A DNA stretch of 64,000 bases, from assembly GCA_017609645.1 (NCBI GenBank), contig JAFCDQ010000003.1, forward strand, positions 221,571-285,570, written 5' to 3'. This document shows, in pieces, positions 51,301-61,100 of this stretch. A program made the position numbers and the translations under genes. The DNA is from Candidatus Woesearchaeota archaeon. Lineage in GTDB: Archaea; Nanobdellota; Nanobdellia; Woesearchaeales; ARS49. Positions within the stretch are counted from its first letter, which is position 1, and each line of letters opens with the position of its first letter. The notes beneath the pieces were generated by a model. The model had not been told where the DNA came from. It did not search any database and saw only the letters and a program-made list of their open reading frames with translations.

Positions 51301-52107
51301 GGATTAGGAGATGAAGAATACAACTTAATATGCGCTGGTTTTGCAGGTGCTTCTTGCAAAATGCTTGATTCTGGACAAGTTTACTGCAAAGAAAGCGGAA
51401 AACTTCCTGAAGGTTGTGCTGTAATAAAAAGTAAATTTGTTTGCGAAGATCCTGTTTTGCAGGAAACATTAAAAGATTGTGTTATTGAAGAAAAAACAGG
51501 TGAATTTTCTTGTGGTGAAGGAGATCTTGAATGGTTTTTTGATAATAGCACATTAAAGAGCAGACCTAAGCCTAAATTTTCTGAAAGACCTGGAGAAGAT
51601 TGTGTTTATGTTGATGATAAATTTATTTGCGGTGAAGGTCTTCCTGAAATGAGAAATATTCCTCATGGTTGTGTTTTAGTGAATGATGAGCTTGATTGTT
51701 ATTATGATCCTAAGATTCAAGAAGGCTGTGCGTATAAAGATGGCGTTTTGGAATGTGAAGGTTATGAAAGAGGCGCTTGTGGCTTTAAAACTGATGAAGA
51801 AGGCGATGAGCAATTTAGTTGTGTAAAAGTTGATGTTGTTGAATTTGAAGAAGGCTGCACTATTAGTGGTTGTGAAGGTTATTCTGCTAGTGAATGTGGC
51901 TTTAGTAATGGTGAATATGTTTGTGAAAGTGCTGAAAAGCAGAATTTTCCAGAAGGTTGTGATTTTGATTCAGATAATGGCAAGATATTATGTGGCTCTG
52001 CTGAGCTTGATTTGCCTGAAGATTGCGTTGCAACTAGTGAAGGAATCAAATGCAACAGTAAGAATTGTTATTACAAATTAGGAAAGTTAGTTTGCGAAAA
52101 TGGCTAA
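45334..52107 (+). CDS. Giant secreted protein (2257 aa): FG-GAP repeats, Pro/Cys-rich region, acidic helical stalk, TPR motif, C-terminal Cys-hairpin repeats
   Basis: Signal peptide; DIDGDGDLDIY, DFNGDGREDLY, DFTNDGNIDAF, DFDNNTFVDIL, DLNNDGELDFA; FYNKGMYAFKNEDYKDAIKNFGEYLRINP; repeated (E/D)GCxxxxxxxxC. Confidence 0.85.
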   Translation: MTKIFKKGGLLFFFLLLTAISVSAITDTVFSDIDGDGDLDIYLETVIENNAGVFYNRTNASGIPLFNDLIKGHFVDFNGDGREDLYIVRDNAVNQLYLRNASVSNWNFTNYTNSVIGQRLRGKAGSPVAAVFADFTNDGNIDAFVNGELWLTTTTNFDFNATNRSNVDEMPNLVWVKAKDVNLDNLTDIIGTTAIGKMVVYLSLGDTNNDEAPEFYPAEVDIGLSFEQNISFVEVGNIETGLAYNSSLNYYPFVNDTPPFVLDKFEDFYLVKENETNVLYTQLWPQLPEKFSTINTSDFYLPQLFNLRPTSVNDSRNGSMAIMADFDNNTFVDILVANHDNESLIMLRNGSSWSQEFVDSQARFNTTTNIKLIETVDLNNDGELDFAIIDPQEISLQQLPVSGSSDVSIPAGEPCTLDPLNTFGDTEVEDFTEMEEFAEGAAIPSLTFEEETAPLTSGYPEVNINFPTHEEFSANPPALAEIEGDSIGYVTEQEDGTCTETIDGGEYDVDAGTKELNDGEINKEPSPPPPVVVGPPTIGGPGGRINVIQFKIICCDPKTGTFEEFMLTQEFKEVLGSVFTGIQPPAEMPLPPGGILLEAQQSFGDNCVQVGENYVLQGQGGPSIENWMSAQLACMPKITEREPPEFFDEIPGDFEDEEVRKPKPRITRTGLECICPPEITYCDDDICGDINSFCTGEQISVGPCGGCGVKPAAQVTKILRDIILPQQATFDAEHLKWEPPSDKIGPIKPKTKPPVPEAPTKMSTTPKPPNLMIEEVFVWKISYPEEEPIAAVAAETALTADSISVEMSELAEDIISPEVAVTEVSAVSITGAAISDIVQEERTIVNEVTDIEISPILFEKENLVVVDNTPLDLRVFMPSEEDELNDLIDLVTVDEADLLSDKDLEQVKSELRKLGMELLHEQNDLHSVSLICLTELKTKLDDVSEKEGLIPPGKADAAINDISDVLVNSASSLDIANSKDKLTASIGVVENYVNEVKPYNDLKDTLNSFKAKSELSGQFNYDSFMKLSEIKELTNDLYDEDLNNDLEKLNDLIFANKVDDAKGSLKKFAEKYEDVLLNHYSKKIDSSIADFKDAVAFADYEQLISASSAISDFVDKNQGNNKIARLLQGIESDMLNKNDISNKLVSLSELISSDATEIPELNDGLMRLGEKLNDNDIQGVLDEVSGMKKQAKNSCFISDGQPIVYEYFTQDFELANKQIQEKMKKASETVSELYTIVAKLMGQVDDEDEDYDLSDLKFEMYDKIKESSSFFFFKNQYFEDLKLLFKLSPVYSYMKDLRTAIFSVSEELNSLDVVKPEQIDYYNDRLDKIMAGINSLRAVLLSQSGKNIDLALSPYFTGAIDEGTLDVRVSDRAHALTAEIMDKVDNDVPVSDAARAANILAETFEKEIPEVKDLTEPSFEKYEEKEKIAEAKDLLEKELKQDEFSKEQAKIADIKKEIFAKTEERKLADELAAVSDKITDVSVKETLAEEVAEEEKAEEEKAEPEEKKKKKEEEKFSKEEKLAMEKFYNKGMYAFKNEDYKDAIKNFGEYLRINPLNADVLWHTADSLKNVEENYLSTKTAEAVEKVKDWKEFVQTLEEIEGTPEEKVSKFVSEVQEKVEAPSSRFIEPAAYVLLDMTDCFTEPLQEFVVEGKIYNFYGVKEEVDEQGAVKYFIEATPNDKIETVTFEIPELISTLKEQIGFCKVDETEEEKKPPKPTPTNDDFAQALANDQARKSTSPDGEEQVCMEVESDVSALSSVIDVQKTTAEVCAPYDDVAALSDFKEPDKEIKLFEEMKFPTLEPDFELLKQSNVRENLYDIYRITQVLNIVGDYQLDSGESKLFVLGDNLFETVKVRRKVSRKFLNTLEKMDYTPPPKCSFKGGSATCTQFDQCVVIKGKLTCSKSFSEKDCTEVEGKWICEGYNECKKEGEEIICEQRLKEDCIFGRDAEGNIVVEQCEGFEEGECKINDESEIECESSSVEIPSDCERVGLGDEEYNLICAGFAGASCKMLDSGQVYCKESGKLPEGCAVIKSKFVCEDPVLQETLKDCVIEEKTGEFSCGEGDLEWFFDNSTLKSRPKPKFSERPGEDCVYVDDKFICGEGLPEMRNIPHGCVLVNDELDCYYDPKIQEGCAYKDGVLECEGYERGACGFKTDEEGDEQFSCVKVDVVEFEEGCTISGCEGYSASECGFSNGEYVCESAEKQNFPEGCDFDSDNGKILCGSAELDLPEDCVATSEGIKCNSKNCYYKLGKLVCENG

Positions 52108-55100
52108 AAGATTAAATAAATTAATGGCATTATTGACGGTGTTTTTGTTAGTCTTGAATCCATTAATTGTTAGCGCGCAGGATAGTAAAGCCTTTGAGAA
52201 AGATAATCCTAACAAGCTTGATGCTGTTGTTGATAATTTAAAAATCAGCGGTAAAAAAGTATTGTTCGATAGTGCGGCTGCTTTAAAGAATGAATTGATA
52301 GATGTTAATACTGATTTTGTGACTGATTTAGTCAGCCAGGGTTATGATATTGTTGTTGATGATACGCCTTTATCAACTGATGCTATTGCTGCTTTAGTTA
52401 ATGATGCTTCTCAAGATTATATTGTTGATGAACTTCCTTATCCTGATATTCGACTTGCTTTTGACGATATTTCTTTGCTTAGTGCAGAAGGAGACCTATT
52501 AAATTTAGCTTTAGCTGAGTTCAGGGAAAAATGTTCTGGAAAAGCTTTTGATAACCTTAAAGAATTAGAAAAATCTGACGCAACTCTTGGTGAAGTTGTA
52601 AAAGAAATTGCAGATATCAAAGCTCCTGGCTGTGATGCGGCTTCTTTGAATAAGATTCTAATAAAAATTCATGAACAGCAAAAGGCAGAAAGAAAATTTG
52701 TCAAAAGACCTAAATATGATCCTTCTAGACCAAAGCAAGAACCTATTGGTGGTGTTATTGATTATGTTCAATGGGGCAACTCCTTAACAACCCAAACATT
52801 TGATTTTAAGCAAGATATTGAATCTTTATTTTCTGATGAAGAAAGAGAGAAATTAACTTCAGGCGAAGGTTTGCTTGACGAAGTTTATTCTTTACATAGT
52901 TATGTGAATAATCTCAAAGTTAATACTTTAGTTACTGAGATTAATAGTTTGTTTGAAGAAAGGTTTGGTCAGGAACAAAAGCCTGCTGATTGGGAAAGTT
53001 TAGATGCAAAAATTAGTGCTAAGATTGAAGAATTAAAAGGGTTAGATTCAGAATTAGCAGAAGATTTCAAGAAATATCATGAAGATTATTTGAAGTCAGA
53101 TGAGATGAATGTGTATTACACTGAATTAAATGATATTGTTGACAAAATGAATTCTCCTTCTTATGCAACTAGTAAGTTTAATAGTGATAAAACTCGTGTT
53201 AAGCAATTGCTTGATACTTTAAAAGAAGAGGATTCTTTAAGCGAAGATGCTGAGAGTTCTTATTTGAATTTCTTAAGTAATTTTAATCCTAATGCTAAGA
53301 ATCTTGCGCATGATAAGTTGAATGATAAGATGCAGAAAGCTAGTGAAGGTTATACTGATGATAAGAATTCTTTGCGAGAACTTATTGGTTTGGTTGAAGA
53401 ATTAGAGCCTATTGTTCCTTTAGAAGAGAAAAAAGGTACTGCTGAATTAACTGCGGTTCTTACAACCATGGTTGGTGATGCTCCTCATAATGATGGAGAG
53501 CCTTTGCCTGCTGAAGTTAATGGTGCTGTTTTGAGTTTGATTGATAAAACTAATTCAGAAGCTAATTTTGTTAGTGTTGGCAGAGCATTTGGTTTAGAAA
53601 TGCTTAATAAAAACTTTGACCCTTCTGATTTGAATAAACCTTCTCCTGAACAATTATCTAGAATGGTTTACTTTAGAGAAGAAGCCAAAGCTACTAATTT
53701 GTTTGAGAAATTGTTTATTAAGAGTCAGATTGCTAACAGTATTATTGAGAAGAAATTATCTTTATCTGAAATTTCTCAGAAAGTCATTGATAGAAAATTA
53801 AAGAATAATAATGATGCTGGTTGTAATTTTGCTGCGGGTTTAATTTCAGGCTTGTCATTAATTGCTGGCGCTAATACTGAATTGCTTGATGAGTTTGAGT
53901 GTGAGAAAGTTAATGTTCTTGAGCCTTTTATGTTGTCTGAGAATATTGTTACTGCTATGCCTCCTCGTGATCCTATTGATTTTAACAGGCCTTTTATGAA
54001 AGGAGATCCTGTTGCGCCTCTTGTTCCTTTTGCTATTGGCATGACTGATTTGTTAAGATGTCCTGATATTGATAACGATGATGTTTGTGATAAAATTGAT
54101 CCAAATCTTGAACAGCCAATGCATATTCCTGCCGAAGATGAAGCTCCTCCTGGTGTTCCTAAAGAAGAAGAACCTGAGGAAGTTCCTCCTGTTCCTAAAA
54201 AAGAAGAAGAACCTGAAAGTCCAGAAGATGTTCCAGTTAGTGAAGATCCTAATACTGGCGAGGCTGATGTTGATCCTGATATTTTAGATGAAGCTATTGA
54301 AAAAGAACCGCCTGAGGAAGAAGAGCCAATTCCTGATTGGATTGTTGAAGAAGTTGGTGTTGCTGCAAGATTAATAAAAGAAGACGAAGAACAATTTGGT
54401 GCTGGTAAACAAGGTGCTGAAGTTAATGAAAAATTATTTGATGATCTTGTTGGCAGGGTGTTTAAGATTCCTCAGTTTAGTATGGACGAGAAAAAGATTG
54501 ATTATAAAGGTCCTAAGCCTGCATTTGAAGGTGCATTTAATTCTTTTTATGGTGCTATTAATCAGATTCCATTTTATTATGGTACTAACTACAAAGCTTT
54601 AGAATATCATTTGAAAGATTCTGGAGGAGGTGCTAAAGCTCCTTCTGGTAAAACAGGGCAGAAGATTGTTACAGAGCCTGTTGCTGTTGCTCCATCACAA
54701 CCAGTTAGTATTGGTAATGTCGCAGGTATTGATAAAATTACAGGAGCTCAATTTATTGGTCCGCAGCCTAAACTTGGCGGACCTGGTGCTGAAATTGATT
54801 GTTCTACTCCCCCCACTGCTGTTGTAGAAAAAGCCATGGCAGAGTATCAATCTATGCAACAAGTTGTTGATAATGCAGAAGCTGCTTATAGACGTGGGGA
54901 AATGAGTGAAGCTGAAGTAAAAGAACAAAAAGCATTACTGGATGGTTTACTTCAAAATATAGCCCAGAACATTGAAAACGCATTTGAAGAGTATCTGAAT
55001 GCTGAAGGTGATTGTGTTTTATATCAAACAGGCACTACCAAGTTAAAAGAAGAAAATCTTATTACTTATCAAGCTGTTAAGGGATATGTCAAGCCTGACA

Positions 55101-58100
55101 GTCAAGCAGATTACGATCATCAAAAGCGAGCTCAGTTTATTCATGATTTGCTTAGACCTGCTTTTTGTGCTATGCAAGGAGAAATTCAGAGATCTGCTCA
55201 GGCTCAATCTAATCTTGCGAATAATCCTACAGTTAGAGAAAGTATTCAAAATGCTCTAGATACCGCTGAAGATAAAAATGGAGATAACAAAATAGACCTA
55301 AAAGATATTGATATTGATCAAGTTATTGGAAATATTGAAGATGCTTTAGGTGAAGGACTAGATACTGAAGGTTTGTTAAATCTTGAAACATTAAGAGAGA
55401 ATAAACAGCTTAATAATTTAATTGCCAGAATGCTACAAGCTGCTATAGATAAAGAGTTAGATAAATTTGCTGAAGAAGCAAATAATAATGCTCAAGCTGC
55501 TGCTGCTAAGCAAAAAGAGATTTGTGAAGATAAAGGAGGAGGTCCTGTCGGACAGTATATGGGAACTTTTGGTTTCTTAGGTTCTGCTGGCGCTATTGTT
55601 GCAAAAATAGGTATTGGCGAGGAATTGTATTCTCCTGCAAATGTTTTCTATTCTCTTGCTAGTTTAAGATTATCTGCTCAATCTATTCAGACTTTAACTG
55701 AGGAATATAAAGAACATAAAGCGAATTTAGAAAATAAGGAAAGATATGTCAGGATTAATGGTCTTGCATTATTGCATAATGTTGGTTATGGTCCTGCGCT
55801 TTTGCCTCCGGAATGTGGAGGTAAAGCTAGTGTAAGTACTGGAATGCCTGCTAGTAATGAAGATGAAGAAACTGAAGAAGGAGAAGAGGAAGAAGAGACT
55901 GAAGAAGGTGAAGAAGAAATTGGTTTTGTTAGAGAAGGTCTTGGTTGGGGTGAAGGAACTGCAACTACAGGAGGAACTCTTGACTTAGAAAAACCAACAC
56001 CTAGTGGACCGCTTGGTAAAACTAGAGCGGCTACTAGAGAAATGTGTAAAGATCCTGCTGAAAAATTAATTGATAATATTCTTGAGAACTTTAAAGCACA
56101 ACAAAAAAGTGTTGATAAAACTATTGAATCTTATAAAAATCAGATTAGTTCTGAGATTAAAAGACAAGGTCTAGCGTTATCTTTTGCTGTTAATAATTTA
56201 GGAAAAATTAAGTCTAAGATTGATAAAGTTATTCAAGACTTAAATGGTAAAATTAGTGCTGCAAAATCTTTCGCTGCTTTTATGGGTTGTGAAGCTTCTT
56301 CAATGCCTGCAGAAGGAGAAGGTGAAGGAGAGGGTATTGGATTGCCGTCTCTGGGTATGCAAGAAGAAGTTATGGTCTTGCCTGGTGTTGGACTTTCTGG
56401 TGTTTCAGGTACTGGTTTTGTTTCTGGTATTAATGCAATCACAGGAGCTATTCCAATTGACCCTGGTGCTGCAGGTATTGATGTTATGGCCGCTCCTGCT
56501 GCGCCAAATGGAGCTGGTGCTCCTGAACCTGCAGGCGGTGGCGCAGCTGCAGGTATTTCAGGTCAATTAGCTGTTTTTGAAAAATTAAGTAATCAAGAGC
56601 ATGGTCTTGCTGTGTTTGATTATGATATTACTTTAAATAAAAAAGAACCAGTTGCTAAGTTAGGTAAAAATTATAAGATGGGTACGTTTCTTTGTGGAAA
56701 TGCAGTAAGTGCTCTGGGCGCTGCTGAAGCTGCAAAGAATGCGTTGGCAAGTTATAAAGCTGCGTTAGGTAGTTTGTTCCGTGAATTACAGTCGCATAGT
56801 ATGTTTGAGCAAGAGTTGTCTCTTAGAACTTTTGAAAGTTTAGGTTTAGATCATTTAGATTCTGCTATGGCTGCTTTGAATAAGTTTGCTTCTAAATTTT
56901 ATGGCGCTGCTAATAAAGCAGTCGGTGGTTTTTACAGTTTAGGTCAATTTTGGGCTTATGCTAGTGAATTTGAAATGAGTTATTCTGTTCAACATCATAA
57001 TAATTTCCATGCTGACTTTAGTGTTGCTCCACCTCCAGAATGTGTTTGGGTAGAAACAGGAGGTCCTTTTACTCCTTTGCCAACTTCAACTGGTGAAGTA
57101 ATGGTTATTGGTCGATCTCATCAAACAGTTCCTGCTGGTACAGGTGCTGTTATTGCAGATGTTTCTGGAAAACAAGTATTTACTCCTAGTCCTGCTAGAG
57201 CATTGCGTTTTACTGAAGAAACAATAATTACTGTTCCAGGTACACTAGACTGTCCTATGTGTGAACAAGCTAGAAAAGATGCAGAAGCTGTTCAAAATGC
57301 AAAGAAGCTATTGAGTGTGGCTGCTGCAGAGGGTTATTCTGTTGCTTCAATTATTCAAATGATTCTTTCTGGTAAGATGAAAGGCGACAGTGCGCTTGAA
57401 GGTTTAAATCTTGGTCCTTTGAAATATGATTCTGATTATAATAAATTAAGTGCTAAAGATAAACAAGCAGTTCTTGATGAATTAAGAGATTTATTTAGTT
57501 TTTGTGATGGTTCTGCTGAAGAGCCTGACTTTTGTGACGGTGTTAGGGATATGATTGATTACTTTGAAGGATTGTTAAAAATAAATAATATTAATGAAAA
57601 GTTAACAGAGGATTTGAAGAATGCTGGTGAGGAAAAGAGAAAGCTTGGTGAGAAGTTAGAAGAATTAAAAGAAAAGATTGATGCTAAGCAGGATTATTTG
57701 AAAGAACTGCAGGATAAACTTAAGAAAGTTAAAGAAAAAATTATTGATAATGTTGACCAGCTTGGTGGTCAAGCAGAAGTTCAGAAGTTTAAGAAAGATG
57801 TTGAAAAGTTTGCTGCTGAATTTGAGCAATGTAAGTCTCAAACTAGGACTCCTTCTGAGTGTGTTAAAGAATTAAAAGTTAAGATTAATAGTAAAGCGTT
57901 TGATAATTGTAATAAAGAAGATTCTGAATGTAATAAGATGCTTGAGGATTTGAAGTCTGATCTTGAGCAGATGAAAGATCTCAGTGGAATGATTGATTCT
58001 GAGAATAAAGATTTGAAAGAATTGAATTCTGAATATTCTGAGGTTAATGTTGAGTTTAATGTTGCTAATGTTAAAGAAGGTGATTTGTCAAAGAGTGCTT

Positions 58101-61100
58101 ATGATAGAGCAAAAGAAAGTATGTTAGAGCTTAAAGAAACATTGCCTAAAGTTTTAACAGCTTATGCTGACAAGAGTATTAAAGATTATGGTAAATGGGC
58201 TACTGCTTGGAATGAAGTTAAAGATAAAAGAAAAGTTGGTTTAAAAGCTAGTGTTGTTCAATTGCTTGGAGCTGCTAGCGGCAGTAAAGAAGATATTGAA
58301 GATGCTATGAAGAGGTTAAAGACTATCGACGGTATTGATGAAATTATGAAATCTGATGATTTAAAGAAATTAACTAATGCTATGGAAAATCCTTCTGGAG
58401 ATAATTTAAAAGACTTTATTGATGCTTTAAAAGATACTAAAAAAGCTGTTGATGGCGAGTTAAAAGACTTACAAAAGCAGGCTAATGATTTGCGTGCCAG
58501 GGTGATTGCGCAGAAAGCTATGGAAATTGTGGGCGGCTTACTTCCTGGTTTCGGAATTGAAAAAGCAGATCCTGTTTTAGGATTTAAATTAGGAGAGTTT
58601 GATAATGCTGTTACTCAATTAAAAAACACTAGAACTGCTTTGTTTGGCGCTATTCCTAATATTTTAAGCCAGATTGATGAAGAAGATGAAAGAAAAGATG
58701 TTCTTGAAAAATTTAAAGGATTAAGAGATGAATTTAAAGATTTGAAAAATGAAAGAGATTCTGTTTCAAAAGAAATGGATGAAATTAAAAACGAAATGAA
58801 TCAGATTGCTGATACTGAAAGTCCTATGTATAAAGAATTAGAAGCAAAGTTTAAGAGTTTAGATGTAAAATTTAAAGAATTAGATACTGCCTGGAAAGGT
58901 ATTGATGGAGCTTATAAAAATGCAGTAATTGCTGACGCTACAACTACTTTAATGCAAAAGATGCAGACAGCAGAAGCTGATGATCCTCTTTATGTTTATG
59001 TAATTATTAAGGACTATATTACCCGTCTTGATCCTGAATTAGATGCTGATCAGATTAAACAAGTATTACAGCCATTAATTGATATATTAAATAAAAAGAA
59101 TTATTTAGATCAGACAGATGATAAAAGTTATGAAGATTCTATTAAAAAATTCTTTGATGAAGAGACAAGTTGGCTTAAAGATATTGATCCTGAGCTAAGA
59201 GATAAAATTATGTCTGTTGCTGGTGAATTAGGTGAACAGGCTCTTGCTGACAGAAAGTTTGCTTCTGCTTCAGTTTTAATTGCTCAGATTGAAATGTTTG
59301 ATCCTAAGAATGTTGATGGTTTGAATAATTTCATGAACGAAATTAAAAATGCTATGGCACAGGGCTTCTCTTTTTATGATACGCCTGAGTTAATGAATTT
59401 GATTTATAATGGTCTTGCTGTTTCTTATGATGTTTTTTGGGATTTGCAAGGAAAAGAAGTAGACTCTAGCGTAATTTATAATAGGATAAGTGAGTTCCAC
59501 TTAGGCCAAAAATTCTTAGAAAAGGTTGCAGGAATTTCTGGTCAGTTATTATTTTTAAACTCGAACATGAGGCATGATGGTATAATCCCTACTTTAGAAG
59601 AAGCAAAAGAAAAAGGAATGGCAGATCTTGAGAAGATTGGAATTATTTATATGGATGCTGCTGGTCTAAAGAAAGAACTTGCTGCGCTTAAAAAATTAAT
59701 GAGTGAGATGGATCCTATTACTCGTGCTATGAAAATGGCTTTGTTATACACTAAACAAGGTGAATTATTAAGATTGTGTGATAATGCTTTAAAGGTCACG
59801 ACAACTCAAGCAGAGTTTGATGAAGTTGATAAAGTTATTTCTTCTATCTTAGTTGGTTTAGATAAGTCTGATCCTTTTATTAAAAATGAAGTTGATAAAA
59901 TATTAGACACTAGAAGAAAAAAATTTGCAGATTCTATCAAAAAGCCGTCTGAATTAACTAATGTCCAGAATGATTTGACTAATAAAATTGAATTATTAGG
60001 AAATGAAATGTTTAAAACTAAAATAGAAATAAAACTTGAGAAGAAAAAGCTTAAAGGTTTAGGTTTAGATTCAGCTTCCGAAGAAGCTATGAGTTTAAGA
60101 GAAAAAATAACTGCTTTAGAAGATACTTATGAAATGCTTTCTGATGATTTAAATTTCTGGAAAGAACAATCAGTTAAAGTAAACAAGGACTTGGATAATT
60201 ATAAAAAGGACCTTCAAGACGAAAAAGAATTTGATTCTCAAGCTAAGAATGAAGTTAAAGTTGCTAGTATTTCTCAAAAAAGAAGCGAGATTAATAACAT
60301 AGAAGAGCACGAGTCGTATAAAAAAGCTCGTCGCGAGGGTATAGGAAACATTAAAGAATTAGATAAAGATGGCCAAAAAGATCTCACAAGTTTGACTGGT
60401 AAATTATTGCTTGATTTAGAAGCACTTAATCATGATATTGATGCTGCGTTTAAAGGAACTGCTAAAGGGTCAAAAGAGTCAGCGATTGCTAGTTCTTTTG
60501 ATTTAAGTGACAAACTTGGTAAGAGAACTGCTATTATGAATAAATTGACTGAGATTTATAGTAAGATTAAGCCAGATCATGCGTTAGGAATGTCAAAAGA
60601 AAGTCAAAAATACCTCGATAACTTGCATAAATTCCAGCAGCTTGCTTCTTTGCTTGATAAGATTGATCCTGATAGAGTTGCTGAGCATAATTATGTTACA
60701 GGCGGCATAAGTGATGATCGTAAATTAGAACAATATGCTAAAGCTGCTTTTGATGAACTTAAACAAAATAATGATTTCTCAAGTATTTATCTTGCTATAG
60801 CTACTGAAGGAGATCCTGTTAAGGCTTGGGCTGAAATACTGAACAAAGATCTTCGTAAGATGCTAGATCTTAACGAAAGAAGCGAAGCTTGGAGTGGTTG
60901 GGGTTCAACGGAAAATAGATTAAGAGGCTTGCAAGAGCAAACTAAAGATCATACTTTTTTACTTCAAGCTCTTGCTCAAAGCGGTCTTGCACAAGACTAT
61001 CCTTTTTTCAAACTCGTTCTTGAGAATTCAGAAAAAATCAATATGATGTTTGAAGTTCTTTATAAAGATTCTATAGCAGATAATTTTGCTTTAGATGAAA

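Noticed and set aside
55556-55620. MGTFGFLGSAGAIVAKIGIG resembles a viral class I fusion peptide
   Set aside because: A short Gly/hydrophobic match is expected by chance in about 4000 aa; no cleavage site or fusogen fold can be shown from sequence alone
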